From assembly GCA_937625935.1 (NCBI GenBank), contig OW569366.1, positions 435,552 to 499,551 of the forward strand: DNA of 64,000 nt, in the 5' to 3' direction. The translations under genes and the position numbers were made by a program. Below the pieces are notes generated by a model. The model worked only from the letters and a program-made list of their open reading frames with translations. It did no database searches and was not told the DNA's origin. Below, in pieces: positions 31,302 through 42,894 of the stretch. The stretch's first letter is position 1. Each line of letters starts with the position of its first letter. The stretch comes from Tetramitus jugosus (lineage: Eukaryota; Protista; Heterolobosea).

Positions 31302-32035
31302 AAAGCTTTTTCTCTCTTGGGCGTGAACACGATTTTTATTTGATGAAATAAAAAATGTTCATTCAAATACTGTCAAGACAAGAGGAATTTTTATACTTCA
31401 TTTCAAATTTCAAACATGTGACATACACGAGATGCACAGATGAACAAACTTTCATTGCTTGGATTCAGAATTGTGCAGATCCGGACAATCATAGTCCAAG
31501 GAGAACACAATGTTCTTTGATGCCACTGGGATTGTAAGGATTGGTCTTTAAGATTTACTATTTCTTCTTCGTCTGCACTGCGATTCAGACTCAAGATATC
31601 AACATTGACATTCAGATGCTAGCTGTAGCAAGATCTCATTTCTCCGTGCAATTTCTTCAACAAATTCCATGAATAATATTGTAAACTCTTCAACTTTTTT
31701 CTGGCTCGTTAATGGTTGAGATAGCGCGCTCAATTTTCCTCCTTTGGTCGCAATGAAAAGACAATCAAAAAATTGTGAAAACAAAGTTCACAGTCCACCG
31801 TCACACACATCTCCGTTTTTCCACTCATTAACACATCAAGGATACCCGCACACGCCTGCTAGTAGCCCCCAGTTCCACCCTGATACAACATCCTACTATG
31901 TCAAAATCAACAAATCATTCCATTTTTCACCACAGTCGATAAAAAGCTTTCACAACAAAATACACACAATTTCACTTGCTCAATTAACAACCAACAAACA
32001 ACAAGAAACAAGCCAAATAAGGCAAACAACAACAC

Positions 32036-33838
32036 ATGAAAAAGCGCAACAAGCATCAATCACAGAAGCAGAAACGCTGCTGCTCTGCTGCGACTACTAC
32101 TGTTGATGTTGCTGTTGTTGGTGCTTCCTCCATCAACACAAATGATGAAGAGGAAGACGATACGACCAATGTCAGTGGTGGTAGTAGTGCGAGTACCAGC
32201 GATGATGTCAATCATCACACGAATCACAACAATCACACGAATAATAATAATAATAATAATAATAGTATAAAAAGTTCCCCAAATCATCCGTCTCAAACAA
32301 TCGATCCCAAGAAACATAGAACGAGAAGAAGAAAGTGCTTTAAGAAGAAGGGAAAAAAGAAGCAGAAAAAGGATCAACAACATGAACAGCAACAGCAACA
32401 ACAACAACAGCATGAACAACAACAACAACAAGATGATCACAACAATAATAACGATGATGATGATGATGGTAGTACAATGTTACATGATCGAGAACCACTT
32501 TCAATGACAGTACCAATACTGATGCAACAACACTTGGTTCACATTGAACAAATGATGATGATGACGATGACGACGACTGCGCTGTCAGAACAACCATACA
32601 ATAATGATTATTGTATTGGAATCAACACGAGTTTATTTGTGAGACAATTGTGTCAATTGATGAACTCGTACGCAAATTCACTACTAATGAATGACATTTA
32701 TCATCATGAAAGTGATGATGGCAATGGTGGTAATGGTGGTAATGATGAACACGAATGTTCATTTAGTGTATACATGTCGCAATGGAACGAACAATTCATT
32801 TCAACAATGATTGAACAATTGAGTCTGTTGATTCACTGGTTCAACGAACAAGAGAATGAACTACAGAGGCAATATGTTCATCAATTGAGTGTCAGTCATC
32901 ATCACTCTCACATGATTAGTGCAAAATACATTGCACAGTATCAAATGATGGCCCTATTGTTTTTGTGCAGAGAGAGGTTGCGCAATTCGAGAGATGCACT
33001 ATCGGATTGGAAACGAGAACGATTGTTTCAGTATTTTCATCAAGTGGCCATATTTTTCACTTCGCAAACGAGTCCTTCAGAAGACACATCACTGTACTCG
33101 TTTGTCAAGAGAACAGTGTTGTCTGTGAGTGACATTTGTGATCAATTTCCAAAAACTTTGCTCTATGTTTTTCTCAAATTGAAGGTGGGAATACCGAGTC
33201 GATTGCGATCTCACTTTCTTCAATTCCTCAGTGACAGAAGGAAGATTATGGAGGAGAGGAGGGAGAAACATCAAAAAATGATGATGATGGAGGATGAAAA
33301 GAAGGCGCACTCAAAGGAAGTTGTACTGCCATTGACTGCAAAACGGAAGAATACCATTGTCGAAACACCTGAGCGTAAGCGTTTGGCAAAGGACATGGGC
33401 TTATATACTCCTGATCGAACTGATGCTCATCAACAACAACAACAACAACTACATACTAATAATCATACTAACTTTAATAATACCATTCAAACTCATAGTA
33501 ACAATAGTAATAATCATAATAATCATAATAATCATAATAACAATAATCTTTATAAGGCTGTATTAAATACTCGGAAATCTCCTCATCGACAAACATTTAA
33601 CAAGTTGGAGAGCGAGCGCACAAAGATTCGACAAGAACAATCAAGGCGGCAACTCACCCCTACCAAGACACAACCGAGCATGTTATCCGTTTCACCAAAG
33701 ACGCCCCCAGAACGGAGTCGGAAACGAAATAATAGTGTCTCAACATCTTCTCTACCTTTTCTGCTTAATAATCTACAGGGTACGGGCAAAAGAGTCTGTG
33801 ACAACAAACGGAGGAGAACGACTGGCGATATTACATAA
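32036..33838 (+). CDS. 600-aa low-complexity nuclear protein; candidate Sld3/Treslin homolog
   Basis: Long ORF with basic NLS-like tracts, a helical core ending FPKTLLYVFLKLKVGIPSRL, and several S/TP sites (VETPERK, YTPDR, KSPHR, LTPTK, SPKTPPER). Confidence 0.6.
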   Translation: MKKRNKHQSQKQKRCCSAATTTVDVAVVGASSINTNDEEEDDTTNVSGGSSASTSDDVNHHTNHNNHTNNNNNNNNSIKSSPNHPSQTIDPKKHRTRRRKCFKKKGKKKQKKDQQHEQQQQQQQQHEQQQQQDDHNNNNDDDDDGSTMLHDREPLSMTVPILMQQHLVHIEQMMMMTMTTTALSEQPYNNDYCIGINTSLFVRQLCQLMNSYANSLLMNDIYHHESDDGNGGNGGNDEHECSFSVYMSQWNEQFISTMIEQLSLLIHWFNEQENELQRQYVHQLSVSHHHSHMISAKYIAQYQMMALLFLCRERLRNSRDALSDWKRERLFQYFHQVAIFFTSQTSPSEDTSLYSFVKRTVLSVSDICDQFPKTLLYVFLKLKVGIPSRLRSHFLQFLSDRRKIMEERREKHQKMMMMEDEKKAHSKEVVLPLTAKRKNTIVETPERKRLAKDMGLYTPDRTDAHQQQQQQLHTNNHTNFNNTIQTHSNNSNNHNNHNNHNNNNLYKAVLNTRKSPHRQTFNKLESERTKIRQEQSRRQLTPTKTQPSMLSVSPKTPPERSRKRNNSVSTSSLPFLLNNLQGTGKRVCDNKRRRTTGDIT

Positions 33839-33909
33839 AACAATTTTGTTAATAACAGTAACTGGTTAGGTTTATGTTGGTTTGCTGCATGACGGGCAGT
33901 TGAGAAAGT

Positions 33910-35736
33910 TTATTCTATTGTGGATGTCGATGGACTGACAGGGAGCTTCTTAATAACCATTAGGGATGATTCCTTCTTGTTCAATTTCAAATTCTTGAGA
34001 GAGGTTCCATCGAGTAGTAGCGCATAGATATCAACAAACGTTTTTGTTTCGGGGCAATGATACATCCGTTTGATGCATGTAGGAGGATTCATGGTGCTAA
34101 AATGCTTTTTGGTGAAGTAAAGGGCAACACTGTCCATCAAGTTGTACGTGTTAAACTTTTCCAGTGCCACTGAGCCAAAAATAAAGGGACGTGGTGACAG
34201 CACAACTTCATCTTCACTGTTCTTCTGTTTCTTAGCTCCTTTCTTTTTTCTTCCACCATCACCAAGCTCTGATCTCGCAACCCTACACATGACATAGTCC
34301 AAGTTCTCCGTGATAAACCAACAGTGAATTCTCTTTTTGTAATATGATCGTACAACAGTTGTCGGAATCGAAGGAACTGTTCCTTTGGCAGCAGCGGCAC
34401 CAATTGCTAACTGTTTCTGATGTTCTAACTCTTCATCATTGTTGAGATAGCGGAATGATTGGGTAGGCTGGCCCTCTTCATCAAACTCCTCTTCATAAAA
34501 CTCTGAAATCCAACTGCTGAGACGATAGAAAACATTGCGATCATAGCAAGCGATCACATAGTCCAAGTTGTCTCCCTCAGCCTTGCACAATAGGCTGGAA
34601 CATTCAGGTTCAGGATCCTCCACTGCCAAATTGGTCCCTTGTGCCGTGAGCTCTGCATTCCTGTTGAAAATAACATTAAAGTGCTTGTAGAGTCTCATTG
34701 CGAGTCCCATTCTTCGAAAATGAGGAATCACAGCAATTTGAGACAACACTTGATACTTGTCCTTTGTGAAATGAGCCAAATAACCGGCAGCAGCAAAACT
34801 CTTCTTCTCCGGAACATTCTTCCAAATGACAAAGTGAGAAAAGTCTTTCGTATCAAGAAAGACGCCCTTGCTGTTCACTTGAGACCTCATATGATTGACC
34901 AACTCTTCATACTCATCCAGGGATTGAACACTAGTGATCACAGAGTCACATCTGTTGATATCACTGACACCAATCCGTGCAAAATGAGAGTAATCCTTGT
35001 ATAGGATGATATTTGCGTTTTTTCTTGATTGAACGGCAGTTGCCGCTCTGCCTTTGACTCTGCCGCTCGTTCTGGGAGGAGCAATCGCTGCCTTCTTGTT
35101 TTTTGCCACACTAGTCGTACCACCACCAGCAATGTTTGTAGCTTTGAGACCAGAGTACGATGTATAGCACGGATCATTGGCTGGCCACAAAAAAAACGCC
35201 GCAGCAGCACCTTCCTCTTCCGCCTCCTTATTGTAAAATGAAATTAATAGTTCACACAGCGGAGAATTCTCCAATTTGCTTGATTTTCTCCGTCTTTTGA
35301 CGGGATAATCCGGACGATCAGTTTCTTCAATCGATTTCGTCGTGGTACCGCGCCTTCGCTTTGACGATGTCGTCGTCGCCTTTGTTTCCTTCTTGTTTTG
35401 TTTTTTCGGCAACAGATGTTGTGGCAGCACAACTTCATCATCATTGTCACTGCTACTGCCGCCACCATCAATATCCTCCAGATCCTCTCCATCCACAGTC
35501 TCTATTGGTTCATCTTCCCCTTCTACTTCTTCATTCTTGGCATGATCAATATCGTTGATGATTGTGGTGTTGGTGTTGCGTTTTCTTCCTCGACGTCGAA
35601 TGATGGAAGGGTTTTTTGATGGTTGAGGAGTAGCTTTGGTTTGCTTGGTACCACCAGTCCTTGATCGTGTTTTGGATGTGGCAGTGGTAGAGGTGGGATG
35701 TTGTTGTCGTTGTGCTGATCTCTGTCTTGTGATCAT
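33910..35736 (-). CDS. HAT1-like GNAT acetyltransferase with a C-terminal degenerate Nudix-like domain
   Basis: LSQIAVIPHFRRMGLAMRLY (acetyl-CoA motif A) followed by LAVEDP (Hat1 ITVEDP). Basic, NLS-rich N-terminus. Confidence 0.75.
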   Translation of the reverse strand: MITRQRSAQRQQHPTSTTATSKTRSRTGGTKQTKATPQPSKNPSIIRRRGRKRNTNTTIINDIDHAKNEEVEGEDEPIETVDGEDLEDIDGGGSSSDNDDEVVLPQHLLPKKQNKKETKATTTSSKRRRGTTTKSIEETDRPDYPVKRRRKSSKLENSPLCELLISFYNKEAEEEGAAAAFFLWPANDPCYTSYSGLKATNIAGGGTTSVAKNKKAAIAPPRTSGRVKGRAATAVQSRKNANIILYKDYSHFARIGVSDINRCDSVITSVQSLDEYEELVNHMRSQVNSKGVFLDTKDFSHFVIWKNVPEKKSFAAAGYLAHFTKDKYQVLSQIAVIPHFRRMGLAMRLYKHFNVIFNRNAELTAQGTNLAVEDPEPECSSLLCKAEGDNLDYVIACYDRNVFYRLSSWISEFYEEEFDEEGQPTQSFRYLNNDEELEHQKQLAIGAAAAKGTVPSIPTTVVRSYYKKRIHCWFITENLDYVMCRVARSELGDGGRKKKGAKKQKNSEDEVVLSPRPFIFGSVALEKFNTYNLMDSVALYFTKKHFSTMNPPTCIKRMYHCPETKTFVDIYALLLDGTSLKNLKLNKKESSLMVIKKLPVSPSTSTIE

Positions 35737-36193
35737 TTTTTTTTGGTGCTGAAAGGAGTTTTTCGTATCGGTTCTATTCAGTCATTAGAAGCAAATTCTC
35801 CGTTATTGGTATGTGTGGGACATTGGTGGGGGGAAATGATGTTAAAGGCACAAACGGCAATGTTGTTTTGTTTCCAACTTGCATGTGTCGACTGGTCCAT
35901 ATTGATATCGATGACCTATGTTCTGTGTGCGGAAGGTTTACGACTCGTATTGTAACTGCACTTTGGCGACACGGAGAAATGAGAGACGGATTGAATCGAA
36001 ATCGTCTTCTGACATCGCTCATCAGTCAACAATCGATAGGATATCCCATACCTTTTCAGCTTGACGCGTCATACGTACTGGCGGTCCAGAACTTTCTTGA
36101 ATTTCCATGGTAGCATTTGGTAAACGTCTTTTATTTCCTTTCATCACCCACACAAATCATTCACACACGCAATAACATTCTAGAGTATAAACA

Positions 36194-39100
36194 ATGGCAG
36201 ATTTGAAAAAATTGACCACGACTGTATGTTTTCTCGTCGAATTTTACACACATTGCTTTCATCACCCCTTCACACCACCATTCACTTGTGATCCACCAAC
36301 AAACAATCATCAACAAGCTCAGCAGATTATTAACCAAGCTTGTTTCCGTTTTTCACTTCTATTTTAGGTTGAATCACAAAAGAAATGGGTGACTCAAGCT
36401 GTTGACAAAGCAGAAAAGACCAAGGCTGAAAAGTACATGACTGATCTTTCCCAGTCAATGGAGCAATTGGCTACTTTGGCTGATGCAGCACCATTGGTTC
36501 AACAATTGCAATATTTCCTTGCTCAAGAGAGTCAGAGATTGACTCAAAAGGTGGCTGAATATGCAGTTCAGGAGCTAAAGAAGGACTCTGTTACTTGGCT
36601 CAAATGGATTGATCAAGCTCTCGAGAAGAAGAATGAAAAAACTGTGGTGGACTACTGTAACAAGTTTAGAGCTCTGGTTGACAAGAAGAGAGGAGAAGCA
36701 GAGTTGACTCAAGAAGGTAGAGATTATGTAGCACAATTGGTAAGCTATATTGACAAGTCTCAAGGTGTCGCTGGTTCGTTTGGACTCATCAACGAAGCAG
36801 AAAAGATTTTGGAAACATGTAAATTCAAGCTCGGATGGGTCAACAAATATCTCGCTGAAAAGCAAGTGGATAAGGCTACATCAATGTACAATGAGCTACA
36901 GAAGGCGATTGAGCCTTTCCTTGCTGATCCTAGATACATGTATCTTGTAGCTGTTTCAGAGTTTATGGAGCAGTATGATTTGGTTGCTTCTGGTTTCCAA
37001 GGTAGTGTAGATGCCAGCCGCACTGAGCAACAAATCAAGAAGGAGTCCGAAACGATTGCCTTCCACATGAAAACTCTTGCCAATGAGTTGAATGGGCAAA
37101 AGAGATTGTCTTACATTAAGAGCTACATTGCCAAGCTTTACTCTTTTGTTTCTCCATTTGCCCAAAAATTTTCTGATGATGCATTAGCTGCAGAGTTGAT
37201 CAATGAGGCATTGTTCCTCATTACAGATGCCAATGCAGCACTTGATGCTTTGACAATTGTATCAGAAGCAGATGCCATTTTGAAGACTGCAAGATTCAAG
37301 CTGAGGTACCTCTCAAAATGCATGGACGAAAAGAAGATCACTCTTTGCACAAACACATTTAACGAACTTCAGAGAATCATGGAGCCATTGTTTGACAGTA
37401 GACTGATAGAATTAGACTCTGTGGTGCAATTCTACACCGAGTATGAAGACGTTGCAATGAGATACAAGTCAGAAATTGGCTTGATGATCCTTGAGAAACA
37501 AATTCAAGATCACTCTAGCAAAATTAATTTCCTCATTGGAACTCTGCTCAGTGAACTGAATGGAGCAGCAGATCTCTCCAAGATTCAGAGTTATATTAGA
37601 CAATTGCAGAAAGCAACAGCACCTCTCATTCAATTCTCTGGTCACGCCCCAGCAGATCATCTTCTTGAACAAGTCAGGGACAATGTATCACAAGCTCAAA
37701 CATTTGTGGAAGAAAAGGAGGCGTTCGCAAAGGCTGAGAACCTCGCCAAGGAAGGAGCAACCAAGCTACAGTTGGTGGACAAGTACATCTCGGAGAAGGA
37801 TGTCGAGAAAGCCGTATCTTCATTTGACAATGTACTTTTATTGGAGAAGAGAACATTTGACGATTCAGTCAGTCATTTCCCTTCTATCAAGAAGCTGCAA
37901 TCAGATATTAGAGCACTGAGCGAGCGTGTATCAGTGGAGTTGGGAGCAATTATTCAACAAAAAGAGCTAGACTCACTCCATCAAGATATCAAGCACAACT
38001 CCAAATGGTTGGGTCAAGCTCTTCAAACCAAGGGAAGAATATCTTCTGTGACAATCTACACAACCAAGCTGAAGAAGGGATTGAATGTTCTATCTCAGAG
38101 ATTCCCAGACAAGTTGGAGAACAACACTATTGTGGAGGAGGCAAGAAAATTGGTTGAGCAAGCTAACGAACTCATTGAGAAGAAGAAACTGGAGGAGCAA
38201 GAGCTATTAGAGAAAGCTAGGGAGATGAAGGAACAAAATGCTCAAGAAAAGGCTGAAAAGAGCACAGAGGCAGCACGTAAGAGAATGGAATTAGCAAGAC
38301 TCAGAAACGAGGCAGATAGTTGTCTTAGAGTATCGAAAGTCACCAAGTCAATTGGATCATCTGGAACCAGTGAAGATGATGAGGACGAAGAACTCTTTGT
38401 CTGTATTGAAAAGGATTCCTTGATGCCTGTCTTTGATGCATCATCTTCTGATGACAAGTTGTATTCTGTACTCATGTCTATCAATCGATCAACTGATCAA
38501 ATCTTTGAAAAGTATGAGGAGTTCCAAGAAGTCTTGGCTGATTTGCTAGATACAACTTACATTCGTGACGAAAAGACAGCCACTTTCAGACTCAAGGGGC
38601 TCTATGATAAGATTTGTGATTCTTTGAAGGCTGTGATGTTTTACGCTCCTAAATTGAAGGAGATTGCCGGAGGTAAATCAGTGTACAACATGTTAGAAGA
38701 AAGAGTGAAAGAGGCACAACAGATTATTGATGAGCAACTTGATTCAGTTAACAATATGATTCCATATAACAATTTGATCACTACTGCAAAGGGTTACATG
38801 GGCAGAATCAAAGAGGATAATAACTCATCCAAGTGTAACATTTTGAGTTCATTTACTAGAAATCTCATTCCTCAAGTGATCCCAAAGATTCAAGAAGCCG
38901 CGCAACGAAATCCAGAAAAGAAACAAGAGTGTGACGACTTGGAGGCAGAATTCAAGCAACTCTTGCTGACTGTTCAATCTGCTCAAGAAAAGCTAGGTAG
39001 AGAGCTTATTAGTACCAAAATTAAGGAGAGAGATCTTAAGTTCGTGGAGAAAACTATTGAAGGATTGAAGGTCATATTAGTGCAAGAGAAATATGAACAA

Positions 39101-39988
39101 CTCTGTAAAGATATTGATGAAGAGAGAAAGAAGCTACAGGAGCTGATCAGGATTGAAGAAGAGAAGAAGAGAATTGCTGCAGAAAAGGAGGCCCAACGAC
39201 TGGCTGAGCTTAAGAGACTATGCCAAGAAGAATGGAAGGGAAAATTCACCAAAGGAGGTAAATTCCAAAATAATGACTATGAAGTTTGGGAGTATAGCTC
39301 CAATGGTGAAGTAACATGTGCTTCAGTTAAAACAAAGAGTGACAAGATGGACTTTTTCTGGTATGGTACTGAGCTTACACATGTCAATCAAAACACTCCT
39401 TACCATCAAGGATACGGATCATGGAATGGAGCAAGAACGGAGTGGATGTCAAGAAGAGGATTGACACTTTACTCATACATTTGGAGCAGCGATTCCAACA
39501 AGCATCTTGTGGGTGCTGAATTGGTTGGCAAGATCGCACCAAAAGAATGGCTTTGGACAGGTAAGCGACTTGTCTCCTCTCATGATTCTTGGGAAGTGAT
39601 TGAAGGCGAGGTACCGCATCCAGTTATTCTTCAAGTCGCGATGCTCAAATTCGCTCCGAAGATTGTTGAAGCCTATGAACGATTGGAGGAAGAGGCCAGA
39701 CGATTGAAGGAAGAGGAAGAGAACAGAGTATGTGGTGGAGCTTTTGCCGAGGATCCAATGTACATGTGTCACAGTTGTGGTTTTGGATCAGTACGTAAAA
39801 ACTGTGTTGTTTGTGACGGTGCGTTTGCCAGTATTCAGGCCAAGATGTGTCATAGCTGTTCCTTTGGTCGTATGAAATGTATTTTCTGCGATAGGTCTGT
39901 CGACGCAAAAGATGGATATCCAGCCAAGTTGTGTCACAATTGTGGTTTCGGTCAAGGTGCCCGTACTTGTCAAATGAAGAAGAAATAA
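36194..39988 (+). CDS. About 1215-aa helical-repeat protein with a Trp-rich beta domain and C-terminal PHF5A-like Zn finger; 2 exons (36194-36223, 36368-39988)
   Basis: GTATGT..TAG intron at 36224-36367 gives MADLKKLTTT|VESQKKW. Alternating helical repeats; C-terminus CHSCGFGSVRKNCVVC..CHSCSFGRMKCIFC..CHNCGFG..C. Confidence 0.8.
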
Positions 39989-40031
39989 AGTTCGAAGGTC
40001 TTCATGAAAGTTCATAAATTGTATTTACTCT

Positions 40032-42743
40032 TTACACAAGCAGCTCATATCCACGCCTTCGTCCTCCAAACATATCCCAGAAGTACATCAAGATTTTGAT
40101 CACTTCGATCCACACAGTTGAAACAATGCTGATTGCAATCACAATCATCCATTGAGTAAATCCCAGGTGTGTTGTTCCCATGACTCTTCTGAGAAATGGA
40201 ACGTACAATACTGCAATTAATGTGAAAATTGCTGCTCCAACCCAGCCCAAGAATAGGTAATTGTCCAATACACCATGAAACAGAATAGGTTGAGTTGTTG
40301 TTCTGGAATTCAGAGCTAGCATCAAGTGACCAAATAACCAACCAGCAAATGCCATTGTTTGTCCCAGTGTTACATTCTTGTCTGAGTAACTGTGGAGTCC
40401 AATTAAAAAACATGTCAACACACAAGAAAATAAAGCGAGTGATCCCTTCAATATGTGAATGATGAACGATTGATTGATAAACGTTTGTTTTGGATCTCGT
40501 GGCTTCTGTTTCATAATATCTGACTCTGCTCTCTCGCTGGTAAATGTTGTGCTTGCCCCAATGTCCATGAACAGTTCCAGAACAATCGTTTGAATTGGGG
40601 TCAGAGGGAACTCGTAGTTGAACACAACAGCGAAAACAAAGAGCAATACCAAAGCTAATTTGCATCCAAGATAGAATTGGATAGACTTACAGAGGTTTGC
40701 AAAGAGTTTTCTGGATTCCTGGATACCAGTCACAAGTGTTTGGAACTGGTCATCTAGCAAAATGACCTGTGCTACTTCTTTGCAAACATTTGATCCTCCT
40801 CCCATTGCGATTCCAATATCTGCAACAGAAATAGCCGCGGTATCATTAACTCCATCACCTGTCACAGCAATAACATGTTTTGTCTGAAGATACTTGCATA
40901 TTGTGTATTTCGCTAGTGGTGTGGCTCGGGTGAACACTGTCGGATTCTGTGAGCAGTGTTCAATCTCGTCATCCAAATTATTACCTAGATTCCTACAAGA
41001 AACAACCTCAAGCTCATCAGAATCTCCTAACTCAATAGTACGTGCAACTCTAGATGCTGTTAACTCATGATCACCTGTTATGATCGACATTTTGATTCCT
41101 GCTTGTCTGCATTTTCTGATTGCCTCTTTCGTTCCACTGCGTATCTCTTCTTCGAATGCATAAAAGCCAATAAATTGATAGTTATTCTCAACAATCTCCT
41201 CACCAACCATTTTAGTGGCCACAGCAACTGTACGCAACCCTTCTTTTGCCGCATTATTAATCTGCTCTACGAGTTTCTGTTTCAATTCAGTGTCTATGTT
41301 CATTGCAAGACTTGGTGAACAATACACAAACGAACACTTCTCAAGAACATAATCTGAAGCTCCTCTAATTATTTCAACTCTTGTAGAGTCATTCATCTTG
41401 TATATCTTTGTGGAATACTTCAAATAGGAATCAAACGGCAGCTCTTGTTCAATTGTGCTCTGTTCTAGTATTGTTGCGCATGTCTGCAAAATTGTTCTAA
41501 GATCTGGATCGTTTTGATTTGCACATAGAATTGCTGAATCAAAAGGAATTGATAGAGGAATATCGATTCGTCCACTCTGAATATACTCGACGATATCCTT
41601 TGAAGAAAAATCCGAAGACAGCATCCAGTTTGTCAACAAAGCATCTCTGGCTGTTTGATTGTGATTTTCATCAATTGAATCAGCACCAAGAACATACTTT
41701 GATAGGTGTAATCTTTCATGAGTCAGAGTCCCAGTTTTGTCTGTTAAGATGTAAGTCACTGTTCCAAGCGTCTCGGCAGCATGGAGATCCTTGATAAGAA
41801 TATTTACCTTTGAAAGCTGCAAAGATCCTATGGCTAGAACTGACTTGATTAAAATAGGAAGCTCTTCAGGTATCAAACAGAAAGCTAGAGATAACCCTGC
41901 AAGCATCATTTTGCCGAATGGTCTTTTGCGAATTAAGCCGAGTATTGGTATCGCTATGCTCATTAGGACAGCAGCAATAGTTAAATATTTTGCAAGAGAT
42001 TTCATTGCCTTTTGTAAGTTTGTTTTCTTCTTATTCCCACTGGCTGATTTCGCGAGAGAAAACACTGATCCAATTTCCGTATCTCTACCAGTTGCATAGA
42101 CTACAGCTGTTGCACGTCCTCTCAAAACAGTGGTAGTAGCAAACACAGCATTCATACATTCTCCTGCATTATCTACCGAGGATACACTTGCAAATGGATC
42201 CTTGTACACTGGGACAGACTCTCCAGTTAATGCCATTTCATTGACTTGAAGTGAGTATGACTCTATTAAACGAGCATCTGCTGGAACAACTTCCCCAGCT
42301 CTCAACACAAGGACATCTCCAACCACAATATCAGTATTCTGTACAGTCAATATTCTTCCATCTCTCATCACCAGAGATTGACGGGGAATTTTCTGACTCA
42401 ATAACTGAACAGCTCGTTTGGCTCTAAACTCATTCACAATCTCCACTACAATCATGAGCACAATAATCATGAACACAATGATGGAATCTAACAATTCTCC
42501 CCAGATGGCATAACCCACACCAACAGCTACCAACAATAATTGCATTGGTTCTCCAATCTCACTCACAAACACTCTCCAAAACGACATTTGCTCAGGACTG
42601 TACAAAATATTCTGTCCATCGCGCCTCAGACTCCGTGCAGCTTGCTCTGAAGCTAACCCGTGACGAACATTGGTCTGGAAGAGTTGATTGACTTTCTGTT
42701 CATCAAACAGTTCGATGAGATGAGCACGTTTGTTGGCTGCCAT
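40032..42743 (-). CDS. Type II P-type cation ATPase of the PEELP subgroup
   Basis: LTGES, IPEELP, LTDKTGTLT, ITGDH, VTGDGVNDT and LELFMD; 903 aa, intronless. Confidence 0.92.
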   Translation of the reverse strand: MAANKRAHLIELFDEQKVNQLFQTNVRHGLASEQAARSLRRDGQNILYSPEQMSFWRVFVSEIGEPMQLLLVAVGVGYAIWGELLDSIIVFMIIVLMIVVEIVNEFRAKRAVQLLSQKIPRQSLVMRDGRILTVQNTDIVVGDVLVLRAGEVVPADARLIESYSLQVNEMALTGESVPVYKDPFASVSSVDNAGECMNAVFATTTVLRGRATAVVYATGRDTEIGSVFSLAKSASGNKKKTNLQKAMKSLAKYLTIAAVLMSIAIPILGLIRKRPFGKMMLAGLSLAFCLIPEELPILIKSVLAIGSLQLSKVNILIKDLHAAETLGTVTYILTDKTGTLTHERLHLSKYVLGADSIDENHNQTARDALLTNWMLSSDFSSKDIVEYIQSGRIDIPLSIPFDSAILCANQNDPDLRTILQTCATILEQSTIEQELPFDSYLKYSTKIYKMNDSTRVEIIRGASDYVLEKCSFVYCSPSLAMNIDTELKQKLVEQINNAAKEGLRTVAVATKMVGEEIVENNYQFIGFYAFEEEIRSGTKEAIRKCRQAGIKMSIITGDHELTASRVARTIELGDSDELEVVSCRNLGNNLDDEIEHCSQNPTVFTRATPLAKYTICKYLQTKHVIAVTGDGVNDTAAISVADIGIAMGGGSNVCKEVAQVILLDDQFQTLVTGIQESRKLFANLCKSIQFYLGCKLALVLLFVFAVVFNYEFPLTPIQTIVLELFMDIGASTTFTSERAESDIMKQKPRDPKQTFINQSFIIHILKGSLALFSCVLTCFLIGLHSYSDKNVTLGQTMAFAGWLFGHLMLALNSRTTTQPILFHGVLDNYLFLGWVGAAIFTLIAVLYVPFLRRVMGTTHLGFTQWMIVIAISIVSTVWIEVIKILMYFWDMFGGRRRGYELLV

Positions 42744-42894
42744 GACTGCTGCTCCTCACTACTCTGTGGTTGGGATGTAAGAATTGAAAGTCGCTCGATT
42801 TGAACTATTTGAAGCCCCGATCTCGAATTGGAAGAATCCACTCTCGAGCTACAAAGTGCCGGCCACTGTTTTTTTCACATAGCTGTAAATTTAT

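Noticed and set aside
31340-31900. Short minus-strand ORFs between URM1 and the next gene
   Set aside because: No recognisable motif, start codon or consistent splice model.
18580-33545. Long (AAC)n/(AAT)n/(CAA)n tracts and their antisense poly-L/V/C ORFs
   Set aside because: Coding low-complexity N/Q/T runs; the antisense ORFs are artefacts.
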